DNA of 50,356 nucleotides from Thermomicrobiales bacterium (GTDB lineage Bacteria > Chloroflexota > Chloroflexia > Thermomicrobiales > UBA6265), in NCBI GenBank assembly GCA_034667245.1, contig JAXDKI010000512.1:1-50356 (forward strand). The letters run 5' to 3'. Below are positions 7,038 through 20,367 of the stretch, one piece after another (the stretch's first letter is position 1; each line of letters opens with the position of its first letter). Made by a program: the position numbers and the translations under genes. Under the pieces are notes generated by a model. That model had not been told where the DNA came from and did not search any database. It was given only the letters and a program-made list of their open reading frames with translations.

Positions 7038-10000
7038 ATGGCCGACAAAGTCGAGTATGTCGAACTTCACCTCCATACCGCCTTTTCCTTTCTCGATGGG
7101 GCGTCGCTGCCCGACGAGTTGGTGGGGCGGGCTGTCGAACTCGGTTATCGCGCACTGGCGGTGACCGACCATGACGGGTTGTATGGGGCGATGGAGTTTG
7201 CGCTGGCGGCGAAGGGTGCCGGGATCGCGCCGATCACTGGTGCGGAGGTGACGCTGACCGACGGCACGCATCTGACGCTGTTGGCGGAGACGCAGCAGGG
7301 GTATGCGAATCTTTGCCGGCTGATCACGGCGGCGCATCATGCGGGGCTTGGTAGCAGCCCTCACCCCCCGGTCCCCTCTCCCGACCACGGGAGAGGAGGG
7401 GACGGCGATCGTTCGAATATCCCTTTTGAACTCCGTGGCATCGGGAAGTCGAAGCCGCTCTACAGGCCGGAGGATCGCACGCCGCGCCTCGATCCCGCGC
7501 TGATTCCGGGCCATGCCGAGGGGTTGATTCTGCTGACCGGGTGCCGGCAGGGGCGTCTCTCTCAGTCCGTCGATGCTGATCAGCGGCAGGAAGCGGAGGC
7601 ACTCCTTAGTGATTACGTCAACTGGTTTGGCAAGGACAATGTGGTCGTCGAGCTTCAGCAGAATCGGGTCTACGGGGATGGGCGGCGGACGCAGGGGTTG
7701 GTTCATCTGGCCGAGCATCTTGGGTTGCCCTATGCCGCGACCGGGAACGTCCATTACCACCGGCAGGAGCGGCACCGGCTTCAGGATGTTCTCGTCGCGA
7801 TCAAACACCGAACGACGCTCGACCATTCGCACCGCGAGCGGCGGCCGAATGCGCAGTTCTATCTCCGCTCTGCGGAGGAGATGGGGAAGCTTTTCGAGCG
7901 CTATCCGGCTGCGCTGACGACAACCGGCCGGATTGCGGAGCGGTGCGCGAAGTTCGATCTGACCCGTGATCTGGACTACGCATTCCCCGACTACCCGACC
8001 GAGAACGGCGAGACCCCGGGCGCGATGCTGGCCCGCGTCTGCCGCAAGGCGTTGGCGGAACGCTATTCCGAGGAGCAACGAGAGGCAGCCGAGCGGCGAT
8101 TGTGCGAAGAGCTGGCGGTGATCGAGCGGCACAAGCTCGGCGGGTTCTTTCTCCTCTATCGCGATCTGCTGCTGCTGGCACGGGAGGTCGCCGACGAGGT
8201 GCGCGGTGTCGACAGTGCGCGAAGTGCGGCCAATCTGCCGCCGGGGCGGGGGCGCGGGTCATCGGTCAGCTCGATCGTCTGCTACTTGATCGGGCTCTCC
8301 CACATCGACCCGGTGAAAAACAATCTCTTCTTCGGCCGCTTCCTCAACGAGGAGATGTACGCCGTCCCGGACATCGACCTCGACTTCCCACGGGAGATCC
8401 GGGAGCGGTTGATCGAGCGGGTCCACGAGAAGTACGCCGACCGCGCCGCGCTCGTCTGCGCCTTCTCGACCTACAAGCTGCGGAGCGCAGTGCGCGACGT
8501 CGGGAAGGCGCTCGGTCTGCCGCAGCCGGACATCGACAAGATCGCCAAGCTCAGCGAGCCGCGCTCCGCCCACGATCTGAGCCGGGAGCTCGACCGCATC
8601 CCCGGGTACGCCGAACGGAAGGACAACCCGCCGTGGTCTCACCTCGTCGAGCTCGCCGATCAGCTGGCGGGATTTCCGCGCCATGTCACCCAACACGTCG
8701 GCGGGATGGTGGTCGCCGCGGGCTCGCTTTGCCAGATCGTGCCGGTGCAACCGGCCGCGATGGAGGGGCGCTTCCTCTGCCAGTGGGACAAGGACTCGTG
8801 CGACGACGCCCGGATGGTCAAGATCGACTTCCTGGCGCTGGGGATGCTCTCGCTGGTCGAGGAGTGCCTGGAGCTGATCGCGGCCTCCACCGGGAAGACG
8901 GTCGATCTCAGCCGGATCAACTTCAATGACCCGGAGGTCTACGAGATGATCTGTAAGGGGGACACGGTCGGCGTCTTCCAGATCGAGAGTCGGGCCCAGA
9001 TCCAGATGCTGCCGCGGACGCGGCCGAAGAGTCTGGACGATTTAGCGGTCCAGGTCGCGATCGTCAGGCCGGGACCGATCATCGGCGGCGCGGTGACGCC
9101 GTACGTCGCGCACCGGCAGCAGGAGCGGACGAGTTTCCTGCCGATCGAGCCGCAGTACGACCACGAGTGTCTCAAGGAGGTGCTGGCAGAGACGCACGGG
9201 GTGGTGCTTTTTCAGGAGCAGGTCCTGCAGGTGGCGATGGCGTATGCCGGGTTCACGCCAGGCGAGGCGGAGGGATTCCGGCGGGCGATGAGTCGCAAGC
9301 GCTCACAGGAGGCGATGGCCGCCCTCAAGGAGAAATTCATCACCGGCGCCGTTGCGAAGCACCAAACGACGAAACACCAAGTGACGCACGCGGAGGCTGA
9401 GAAGGTGTTTACCAAGCTGGCAGGTTTCGCGAGCTACGGGTTTCCTAAAGCCCACGCGACGGCGTTCGCGCTGCTGGCTTACCAGTCGTGCTGGTTGAAG
9501 CACTACTACCCCGCGGAGTTCACCTGCGCCCTGCTCAACAACCAACCGATGGGGTTCTACCCGCCGCACGTGCTGATCAACGACGCCAAGCGGCACAAGC
9601 TGCGCGTCCTGGCGCCCGACGTGAACCTGAGCGGTGTCCGTTGCAATCTCGACGGGGGGAACGGGATCCGGATCGGGTTGGGGTACGTCAAGGAGCTGGG
9701 GGAGGAGCCGGCGCAGCGAATCGTGCTCGAGCGGGAGGCGAACGGGCAGTACCGGTCGCTGGCCGATCTCGTCCGGCGGGTGCCGCTGCCGACCGCGGCG
9801 GTTGAGAACCTGATCGCGGTCGGGGCGTTCGACCGCTTCGGGCTCGGGCGGCGGGAGGCGCTCTGGCAGTTGGGGCTCTTTATCCCCTCGCAACGCTTCG
9901 GGACCAAACAGACGACGGCGAACGGCCGGCAGATCCCGCTGGCGCTGCCGGTTGGGCAAGACGGCGTCGAGTTGCGGCCGATGGGTGCCTGGGACCAGAT

Positions 10001-10478
10001 GGCGGCCGACTACGCGGTGCTCGGTCTCTCGCCGCGTTATCACCCGCTCGGGTTGCTGCGCTGGCGGCTGCCGCAGCACTTCGTCACGGTCGCCGATCTG
10101 GAGCGTCTGCCGCACGGGGCGGAGATCGAGATCGCCGGGTTGACGGTCTGCCGGCAGCGACCGGGGACGGCGAAGGGGATCACGTTCCTCCTGTTGGAGG
10201 ACGAGCACGGGTTGGTGAACGTGATCGTCTACCCGGACCTCTACGAGCGGCAGCGGATGGTGGTCCGCGGCGAGCCGTTCATCGTGGTGACGGGGACGCT
10301 GCAGAAGCAAAACGACACGATCAACGTGATCACCCGCCAAGTCAGGCCACTGGAGAACGCCCGGCAGGAGTTTGCGGCGGCACCTGCCCGCGATCTGGAC
10401 GACGTCACCGCGCCCTTCGAGCCGGAACGAGAACGGGAGCTGGCGACGGTGTCGCCGGAGTCGCATAACTACCGGTGA
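7038..10478 (+). CDS. dnaE2: Error-prone DNA polymerase III alpha-like DnaE2
   Basis: 1146 aa. PHP domain 'VELHLHTAFSFLDGAS...VTDHDGLYG', pol III alpha core ('GRGSSVSSIVCYLIGLSHIDP', 'PDIDLDF', 'GVFQIESR') and a C-terminal OB region. Genetic linkage to imuB. Confidence 0.92.
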   Translation: MADKVEYVELHLHTAFSFLDGASLPDELVGRAVELGYRALAVTDHDGLYGAMEFALAAKGAGIAPITGAEVTLTDGTHLTLLAETQQGYANLCRLITAAHHAGLGSSPHPPVPSPDHGRGGDGDRSNIPFELRGIGKSKPLYRPEDRTPRLDPALIPGHAEGLILLTGCRQGRLSQSVDADQRQEAEALLSDYVNWFGKDNVVVELQQNRVYGDGRRTQGLVHLAEHLGLPYAATGNVHYHRQERHRLQDVLVAIKHRTTLDHSHRERRPNAQFYLRSAEEMGKLFERYPAALTTTGRIAERCAKFDLTRDLDYAFPDYPTENGETPGAMLARVCRKALAERYSEEQREAAERRLCEELAVIERHKLGGFFLLYRDLLLLAREVADEVRGVDSARSAANLPPGRGRGSSVSSIVCYLIGLSHIDPVKNNLFFGRFLNEEMYAVPDIDLDFPREIRERLIERVHEKYADRAALVCAFSTYKLRSAVRDVGKALGLPQPDIDKIAKLSEPRSAHDLSRELDRIPGYAERKDNPPWSHLVELADQLAGFPRHVTQHVGGMVVAAGSLCQIVPVQPAAMEGRFLCQWDKDSCDDARMVKIDFLALGMLSLVEECLELIAASTGKTVDLSRINFNDPEVYEMICKGDTVGVFQIESRAQIQMLPRTRPKSLDDLAVQVAIVRPGPIIGGAVTPYVAHRQQERTSFLPIEPQYDHECLKEVLAETHGVVLFQEQVLQVAMAYAGFTPGEAEGFRRAMSRKRSQEAMAALKEKFITGAVAKHQTTKHQVTHAEAEKVFTKLAGFASYGFPKAHATAFALLAYQSCWLKHYYPAEFTCALLNNQPMGFYPPHVLINDAKRHKLRVLAPDVNLSGVRCNLDGGNGIRIGLGYVKELGEEPAQRIVLEREANGQYRSLADLVRRVPLPTAAVENLIAVGAFDRFGLGRREALWQLGLFIPSQRFGTKQTTANGRQIPLALPVGQDGVELRPMGAWDQMAADYAVLGLSPRYHPLGLLRWRLPQHFVTVADLERLPHGAEIEIAGLTVCRQRPGTAKGITFLLLEDEHGLVNVIVYPDLYERQRMVVRGEPFIVVTGTLQKQNDTINVITRQVRPLENARQEFAAAPARDLDDVTAPFEPERERELATVSPESHNYR
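7358..7403. repeat. REP/MITE-like hairpin repeat, copy 2, in frame inside dnaE2
   Basis: Head 'ccctcacccccc' plus stem cctctccc (7375..7382) / gggagagg (7389..7396). It is translated as 'SSPHPPVPSPDHGRGGDG' in the DnaE2 frame. Confidence 0.6.
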
Positions 10479-11176
10479 GAGGGTGAACCGTTCTCGGGGG
10501 AACGCCGTCGCGCCTCGTACATGGCGCGAATCTTCGCGAAGTACGCGTCCGGTGCGATCTCCATGATCGCGTCGTCAGGATCGGGCAACGGCAATTCGCG
10601 AAGCCATCGCGGATCGACCCAGAAACCGGGTAAGACCAACGAGGGCTGAAGCCCTCTGCTATCCGGGGCAAGCGACTCATACAGACCATCCGCCGACAAG
10701 GAGAAGACCTCGAGGCGCTGCTTTCCCGGACGTGGATCGACCAACCAGTACTCGGGCACACCGGCACGTTGGTACGCGGCAAACTTGTCGCGACGATCGT
10801 AGGCTGCGGCGGAGTCCGACGTCACTTCCATCACGAGGTCGGCGGGACCCTCCAATCGCAGATCCGTCCGACGATCAAAATGCTCCCGGCGAACGAAGAG
10901 GATGTCTGGTTCCCGCGCCGAACCGTCCGCCAATCGCATCTCGAACGGAGCAACGATCACAACACCCAGATCATGCAAGCCGACAAACCGCTCAAGGAGC
11001 GAAGCGAGGAAGAAAATCACTCGCTGGTGCAACTCTCCCGGCGGCATGAAGACGATCACCTCACCGTCGACCCACTCGGCGTGAGTCGTGTCACCCGACC
11101 AGTCGAGGAACTCTTCGTAGCTCATTTTCAGACGCGGTAATTCGGTTGCAACAGTCTCGATTACTTGCCGGCCCAT
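10469..11176 (-). CDS. Uma2-family (DUF820) putative endonuclease
   Basis: 235 aa with family-typical 'YEEFL...AEWVDGEVIVFMPP', 'PDILFV', 'ADLVMEVTSDS' and 'KFAAYQRAGVPEYWLVDP'. ATG has AGGAGA 8 nt upstream. The convergent 3' end overlaps dnaE2 by 10 bp. Confidence 0.85.
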   Translation of the reverse strand: MGRQVIETVATELPRLKMSYEEFLDWSGDTTHAEWVDGEVIVFMPPGELHQRVIFFLASLLERFVGLHDLGVVIVAPFEMRLADGSAREPDILFVRREHFDRRTDLRLEGPADLVMEVTSDSAAAYDRRDKFAAYQRAGVPEYWLVDPRPGKQRLEVFSLSADGLYESLAPDSRGLQPSLVLPGFWVDPRWLRELPLPDPDDAIMEIAPDAYFAKIRAMYEARRRSPENGSPSHR

Positions 11177-11391
11177 CGCAATAGTCTCCTGATTTTCCCC
11201 GGCAACGGCTGAAATCGCGAAGTCGTCACGTCGTCATGGTACAGCATCGCCAGCACGCATGAACCGCATCAGCGTCCACGACAAGACCACCTTCTCAGCT
11301 GCGTGGACCGAAGTTCAATCTCACGGTGCTCGGAGACTGCCCACAAGGATGAACCGGAGAGGCCGTTGGCCGCGGCACCGTCTGCGGCGGG

Positions 11392-13068
11392 TCAGACCTC
11401 CATCACCATGGGGAGGATCATCGGGCGGCGGCGCGTCTCCCGGTAGAGATAGGAGGCGGCGGAATCGCGAAGCTGGCGACTGAGGTACCCCCAGTCGTCG
11501 GTCTGGTGGCCGTTCGTGTACTCGCCGAGAGTTTCGCGGAGGTGCGCTTTGGTCGCCTCGAGCAGGCCGGCCGACTCCTTGGCGTAGACAAAGCCGCGGG
11601 TCAGGATCTCCGGTCCGGCGACGATCTGGCCGGTCTGCCGATCGACGCTGACGACGACCATGAGGATGCCCTCACGAGCGAGGGCGCGGCGGTCGCGGAT
11701 GACGACTTCGCCGACGGCGCCGACGGTGATGCCGTCGACGTAGACGAAGCCGGCGTCGACGCGGCCGGTAACCGCGACCTTGTCGGGGGTGACCTCGATA
11801 ACGTCGCCGACTTCGGCAAAGGTGATGAGATCGGACGGGATGCCGCGTTCCAGCGCGAGGTCGGCGTAGAGGGCCATGTGGCGGTGCTCGCCGTGGAAGG
11901 GGACGACGTGGCGCGGACGGACGAGATCGAGCATGTCGCCGAGCTCGTCGCGGCTGGCGTGGCCGGAGACGTGGACGAGGGCGCGGGCGCCGTAGATCAC
12001 TTCGGCCCCGGCGCGGAAGAGCTGGTTGATGATTCGATAGACGGCGGTCTCGTTGCCGGGGATCGGCGTCGCGGAGACGATGACGGTGTCGCCGGCACCA
12101 ACCTGGACCTCCCGGTGGTCGCCGTTGGCGATGCGGCCGAGGACGGCCATCGGTTCGCCCTGGCTGCCGGTGACGACGTAGACGATGCGGTCATCGGGCA
12201 GCAGCGCGGCTTCGCGGGACTCGACCAGGACGCCTTCGGGGTCGACGAGGTAACCGAGTTGACGGGCGACGCGGACGTTGTTTTCCAGGCTGCGGCCGAG
12301 GGTCGCGACCTTCCGACCGTGAGCGGCGGCGACGTCAATGACCTGCTGGATGCGGGCGATCAACGAGGCGAAGGTGGCGATGATGATCCGCCCTTCCGCC
12401 TCGGCGAAGACCTCGTGGTAGGTCTCGCCGACGACGCGCTCCGAGGGAGTGCGGCCGGCAGATTCGACGTGGACGCAGTCGGAGATGAGCAGCCGCACGC
12501 CGCGATCTCGGAGTTCGGCGATCTTGGCGTAATCGGTGAGGCGCCCATCGATCGGGGTCTCGTCGAGCTTGAAATCGCCGGTGTGGACGATCAGTCCGAC
12601 CGGGGTGGTGATGCCGAAGCCGACGGCGTCGGGGATGCTGTGGCAGACGCGGAAGGGTTCGAAGCGAAAGGGACCGGCCTCCAGGACCGGATGCTGATCC
12701 GGGTCGAACTCGATCAACTCGGAACGGGCCAGCAGACCCGCCTCGTCGAGTTTGGCCGAGATCAGACCGAGGGTGAGTTTGGTCGCGTAGATGGGTGCCG
12801 GGAGGTCGGGGAGGAGGTAGGGCAGGGCGCCGATGTGGTCCTCGTGACCGTGGGTGACGAAGATGGCGCGGACGCGGTCGGCCCGCTCGCGCAGGTAGGC
12901 GATGTCGGGCAGGACGAGGTCGACCCCTGGTTGCTCCTCGTGGGGAAAGCCGACGCCGCAGTCGACGACGACGATGTCGTCCTCGTATTCGAGCAGGAAG
13001 AGGTTGCGACCGACTTCGGCGATGCCGCCGAGGAAGATCAAGCGAACAGGTGAGATGCTCATCAGCAT
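11392..13068 (-). CDS. rnj: Ribonuclease J
   Basis: 558 aa with metallo-beta-lactamase motif 'HGHEDHIG', a beta-CASP region and a C-terminal domain. The start could instead be the ATG 6 nt downstream. Confidence 0.92.
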   Translation of the reverse strand: MLMSISPVRLIFLGGIAEVGRNLFLLEYEDDIVVVDCGVGFPHEEQPGVDLVLPDIAYLRERADRVRAIFVTHGHEDHIGALPYLLPDLPAPIYATKLTLGLISAKLDEAGLLARSELIEFDPDQHPVLEAGPFRFEPFRVCHSIPDAVGFGITTPVGLIVHTGDFKLDETPIDGRLTDYAKIAELRDRGVRLLISDCVHVESAGRTPSERVVGETYHEVFAEAEGRIIIATFASLIARIQQVIDVAAAHGRKVATLGRSLENNVRVARQLGYLVDPEGVLVESREAALLPDDRIVYVVTGSQGEPMAVLGRIANGDHREVQVGAGDTVIVSATPIPGNETAVYRIINQLFRAGAEVIYGARALVHVSGHASRDELGDMLDLVRPRHVVPFHGEHRHMALYADLALERGIPSDLITFAEVGDVIEVTPDKVAVTGRVDAGFVYVDGITVGAVGEVVIRDRRALAREGILMVVVSVDRQTGQIVAGPEILTRGFVYAKESAGLLEATKAHLRETLGEYTNGHQTDDWGYLSRQLRDSAASYLYRETRRRPMILPMVMEV

Positions 13069-13209
13069 GCGACCGGGAGCCGGGAGCCGGGAGCGGGAAG
13101 TAGGGACGGATGCGGAAACGCGAAGATGACCGGCATCATGCCGAGAGCGACCTCCATTAGTGGGACGAGAGCAGGGCCAACTACAGGCAACCGCCTTTCG
13201 GCTAACGAC

Positions 13210-13845
13210 TCAAAAGAGAGTCATCTGGTTCGCCGGCTCCTCCGGCTTGGTCTCTTCCGAGCGCTTGGTGCGCTCGCGCTCGGCCTCGAGGAGGAACTTA
13301 GGCAGCTTGGCGAAGTCTTCTTCGATAGCACCGCGCAACGCCGACTGGTGCAGCGCGGCGGCCGGGTGATACATCGGGACGATCAGGCGACTGTCCACGC
13401 GTTTGGGTTGCCCGTGGATGCGCGAGATGCGCTCGCCGGGAAACCAGCGCGACATCGAGAAACGGCCCAGCGTCACGATGACGTCAGGATTGATGGCGGC
13501 GATTTGCCGGTCAAGGTACGGAGCGCAGGCGGCGATCTCGTCCGGCATTGGATCGCGATTACCGGGCGGGCGGCACTTCACGACGTTGGTGATGAAGACA
13601 TCCTCCCGCTTCAGCCCGGCGATGGCGAGGAGCTCGTTGAGGAATTTGCCCGCGGCGCCGACGAACGGCTTGCCCTGCTGGTCTTCGTGCCAGCCCGGTC
13701 CCTCGCCGACGAACATGATCTGCGCATTCGAGTTTCCGTCGCCCGGCACGGCGTGCGTGCGAGTGCGCGACAGCTCGCACTTCGGGCAGACTTTTACCTC
13801 TGCCGCGATTTCGGCCAGGATTTCTTCCGCTGTTGCTTCCGTCAC
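13210..13845 (-). CDS. Uracil-DNA glycosylase, family 4
   Basis: 211 aa with 'CPKCELS' Fe-S cysteines, 'FVGEGPGWHED' and 'MYHPAAAL'. GTG start. Confidence 0.88.
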   Translation of the reverse strand: MTEATAEEILAEIAAEVKVCPKCELSRTRTHAVPGDGNSNAQIMFVGEGPGWHEDQQGKPFVGAAGKFLNELLAIAGLKREDVFITNVVKCRPPGNRDPMPDEIAACAPYLDRQIAAINPDVIVTLGRFSMSRWFPGERISRIHGQPKRVDSRLIVPMYHPAAALHQSALRGAIEEDFAKLPKFLLEAERERTKRSEETKPEEPANQMTLF

Positions 13846-13952
13846 TCATCACCCCACGCGCCATCAATCGGCATCAAGCTGAACCGGAGTATAGCGGAGT
13901 GGCAAACGGCACCTCAATGCGACGGCACTCACGCGCGTCCGGGGCGACGAGA

Positions 13953-18515
<4,563 letters not shown>

Positions 18516-18569
18516 TTGCTATTGCGGTAGACGAACTATCAGAGCGCTTTAGTCGGGATCGGAGAGAGC

Positions 18570-18641
18570 GCCTTCGCTGGCGCTCAGAATGACCATTTGA
18601 GCGGTGTCCTCCCCCCGGTCATCCTGAGCGGAGCGAAGGAC
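18570..18641. repeat. Inverted pair of 'GTCATYCTGAGCG-AGCGAAGG' repeat units between convergent genes
   Basis: The arm at 18570..18593 is the reverse complement of 'gtcattctgagcgccagcgaaggc'. The arm at 18618..18641 is 'gtcatcctgagcggagcgaaggac'. Together they form a long imperfect hairpin between the orf72 and pyrE 3' ends. Confidence 0.6.
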
Positions 18642-18697
18642 CTCTCATCGTCTGGTCCCTTTATCATGCGATGCCGCGCTGCTTCAACGGATTCGGA

Positions 18698-19282
18698 TCA
18701 TGCGGTCGGTGTCGTACCGGGTTTGATGAGCGGCAGTCCCTTGGCGCAGAGCGGGCATTCGGTCGCGTCCCAGGTCTCCACAACGAGAGTTGAGAGCGCG
18801 AAGAGTGGCACGTTGTCGAAGGTGACGGTGCCGCCGCTCCGATCGACGAGAACGGCGACGGCGACGACTTCGACGGGCTGCGTGGCCAGGGCGGCCAGGG
18901 TTTCGCGGACAGAGCCGCCGGTGGTGAGGATGTCGTCGACAACGAGGACGCGTTGGCCCGGCGTGAATGTGGTGCCGCGGCGAAATTCGCGATCGGTGGT
19001 GTCGTCGGAACGGCGCTCGGCGTAGGCCGATGCAACACCGAGCTGGCGGGCGACTTCGAAGGCGAGGATGATGCCGCCCGTGGTCGGCCCGGCGACGACG
19101 TCGATGCCGGCGTCAGCGAATCGGTCGGAGAAGCCGCGGCAGACGGCTTCCGTCTCGCGGGGCTGGCGGAGGAGGTCAAACTTCTCCACGTAGCGGTCGC
19201 TGTGACGGCCCGAGGAGAGGAGAAAATGGCCTTCCTTCAGGGCACCGACGCGGGTCAGGCGCGAGAGCAGGTCATCCGCCAC
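18698..19282 (-). CDS. pyrE: Orotate phosphoribosyltransferase
   Basis: 194 aa with PRPP-binding 'VLVVDDILTTGGS'. GTG start with GGGAGGA 10 nt upstream. Confidence 0.9.
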   Translation of the reverse strand: MADDLLSRLTRVGALKEGHFLLSSGRHSDRYVEKFDLLRQPRETEAVCRGFSDRFADAGIDVVAGPTTGGIILAFEVARQLGVASAYAERRSDDTTDREFRRGTTFTPGQRVLVVDDILTTGGSVRETLAALATQPVEVVAVAVLVDRSGGTVTFDNVPLFALSTLVVETWDATECPLCAKGLPLIKPGTTPTA

Positions 19283-19311
19283 GTTCGTTCGTTCCTCCCG
19301 ATTGCTTCCCG

Positions 19312-20367
19312 TCAGGGCACGAAATAGAACGCGAGACCGAGGATCGCGTAGAGCGCGATCAATTCGGCCCCTTCCAACCAGTGCGACTCGCCGTCGACCG
19401 AGATCAGGACCGCGATGAAGGTCGCGGCGACGAGGGCGGCGAGCTCGTAACTATTGAAGACGAGTGTCATCGGCTCGTCGAGGAGGATGCCGGCGAAGAC
19501 GAGGGCGGGTGTGACGAACAGGGCGACCTGAAGCCCGGAGCCGATCGCGATGCCAAGGCTGAGGTCCATCTTGTTGGCGACGGCGACTTGAACCGCGACC
19601 AGGTGCTCGGCGACGTTGCCGATCAAGGGGATGAGCATCACGCCAATGAAGAGCTCGGTGAGTCCCCAGTCCTTGGCGGTCGGCTCGACGGCCCCGACGA
19701 GAACTTCGCTCATCACGACGATGGCGACGGTTGCTCCTCCCAGCAGACCGATTGCCTTGGACAGCGGCATCGAGGCGGTGTGTTCCTCTTGCGCTTGCTC
19801 CTGTTCGGCCGGCGAGGTGCCGCGGAGTGAGAAGATCAGGTAAAGGACGTAGGTGACGATCATCACGACGGCGACGCCGTCACTGAGCAGCTCGACATTG
19901 TGCTGACTGATCCGTTTCCCGCCATGGGGGAGGGAAAAGAGAGCCGGGATGATGAGGGCCACCACGGCCAACGACATCACCGTGGCGTTGGCTCCTGCAG
20001 CACGCTGGTCGAAGTATTGGGTGCCATTCTTGAGACCGCCAAGCAAGACGGAGAAGCCGAGCACGACCAGGATGTTGCCGATGATCGAGCCGGCGATGCT
20101 GGCTTTGACGACGGCGACGAGGCCGGCGTTGAGGGCGACGATCGTGATGATCAGCTCCGCCGCGTTGCCGAGCGTCGCGTTCAGAAGCGCCCCGATCTTC
20201 GGTCCGGTGTAGATGGCGACCTCTTCAGTGGCACGACCGAGGATGGCTGCCAAGGGAACCATCGCCGCGGCTGACGTGACGAAGACGGCGGCATGACCGC
20301 CAAGATGGCCGTATTCGAGAGCCAAGGCGACGGGCACGAGGAGGAGCAGGCTGTAGAGGATTTTCAT
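19312..20367 (-). CDS. CaCA-family Ca2+(cation)/H+ antiporter
   Basis: 351 aa from ATG 20367, polytopic, with both alpha-repeat signatures 'GNAAE' and 'GNVAEH'. The ORF-track extension to 20475 is Arg-rich and overlaps pyrD, so it was rejected. Confidence 0.88.
   Translation of the reverse strand: MKILYSLLLLVPVALALEYGHLGGHAAVFVTSAAAMVPLAAILGRATEEVAIYTGPKIGALLNATLGNAAELIITIVALNAGLVAVVKASIAGSIIGNILVVLGFSVLLGGLKNGTQYFDQRAAGANATVMSLAVVALIIPALFSLPHGGKRISQHNVELLSDGVAVVMIVTYVLYLIFSLRGTSPAEQEQAQEEHTASMPLSKAIGLLGGATVAIVVMSEVLVGAVEPTAKDWGLTELFIGVMLIPLIGNVAEHLVAVQVAVANKMDLSLGIAIGSGLQVALFVTPALVFAGILLDEPMTLVFNSYELAALVAATFIAVLISVDGESHWLEGAELIALYAILGLAFYFVP

Noticed and set aside
10469-10478. 10-bp convergent overlap between the dnaE2 and Uma2 gene ends, considered as a possible regulatory feature.
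   Set aside because: Short 3'-end overlaps of convergent genes are common in compact high-G+C genomes. There is no associated structure.
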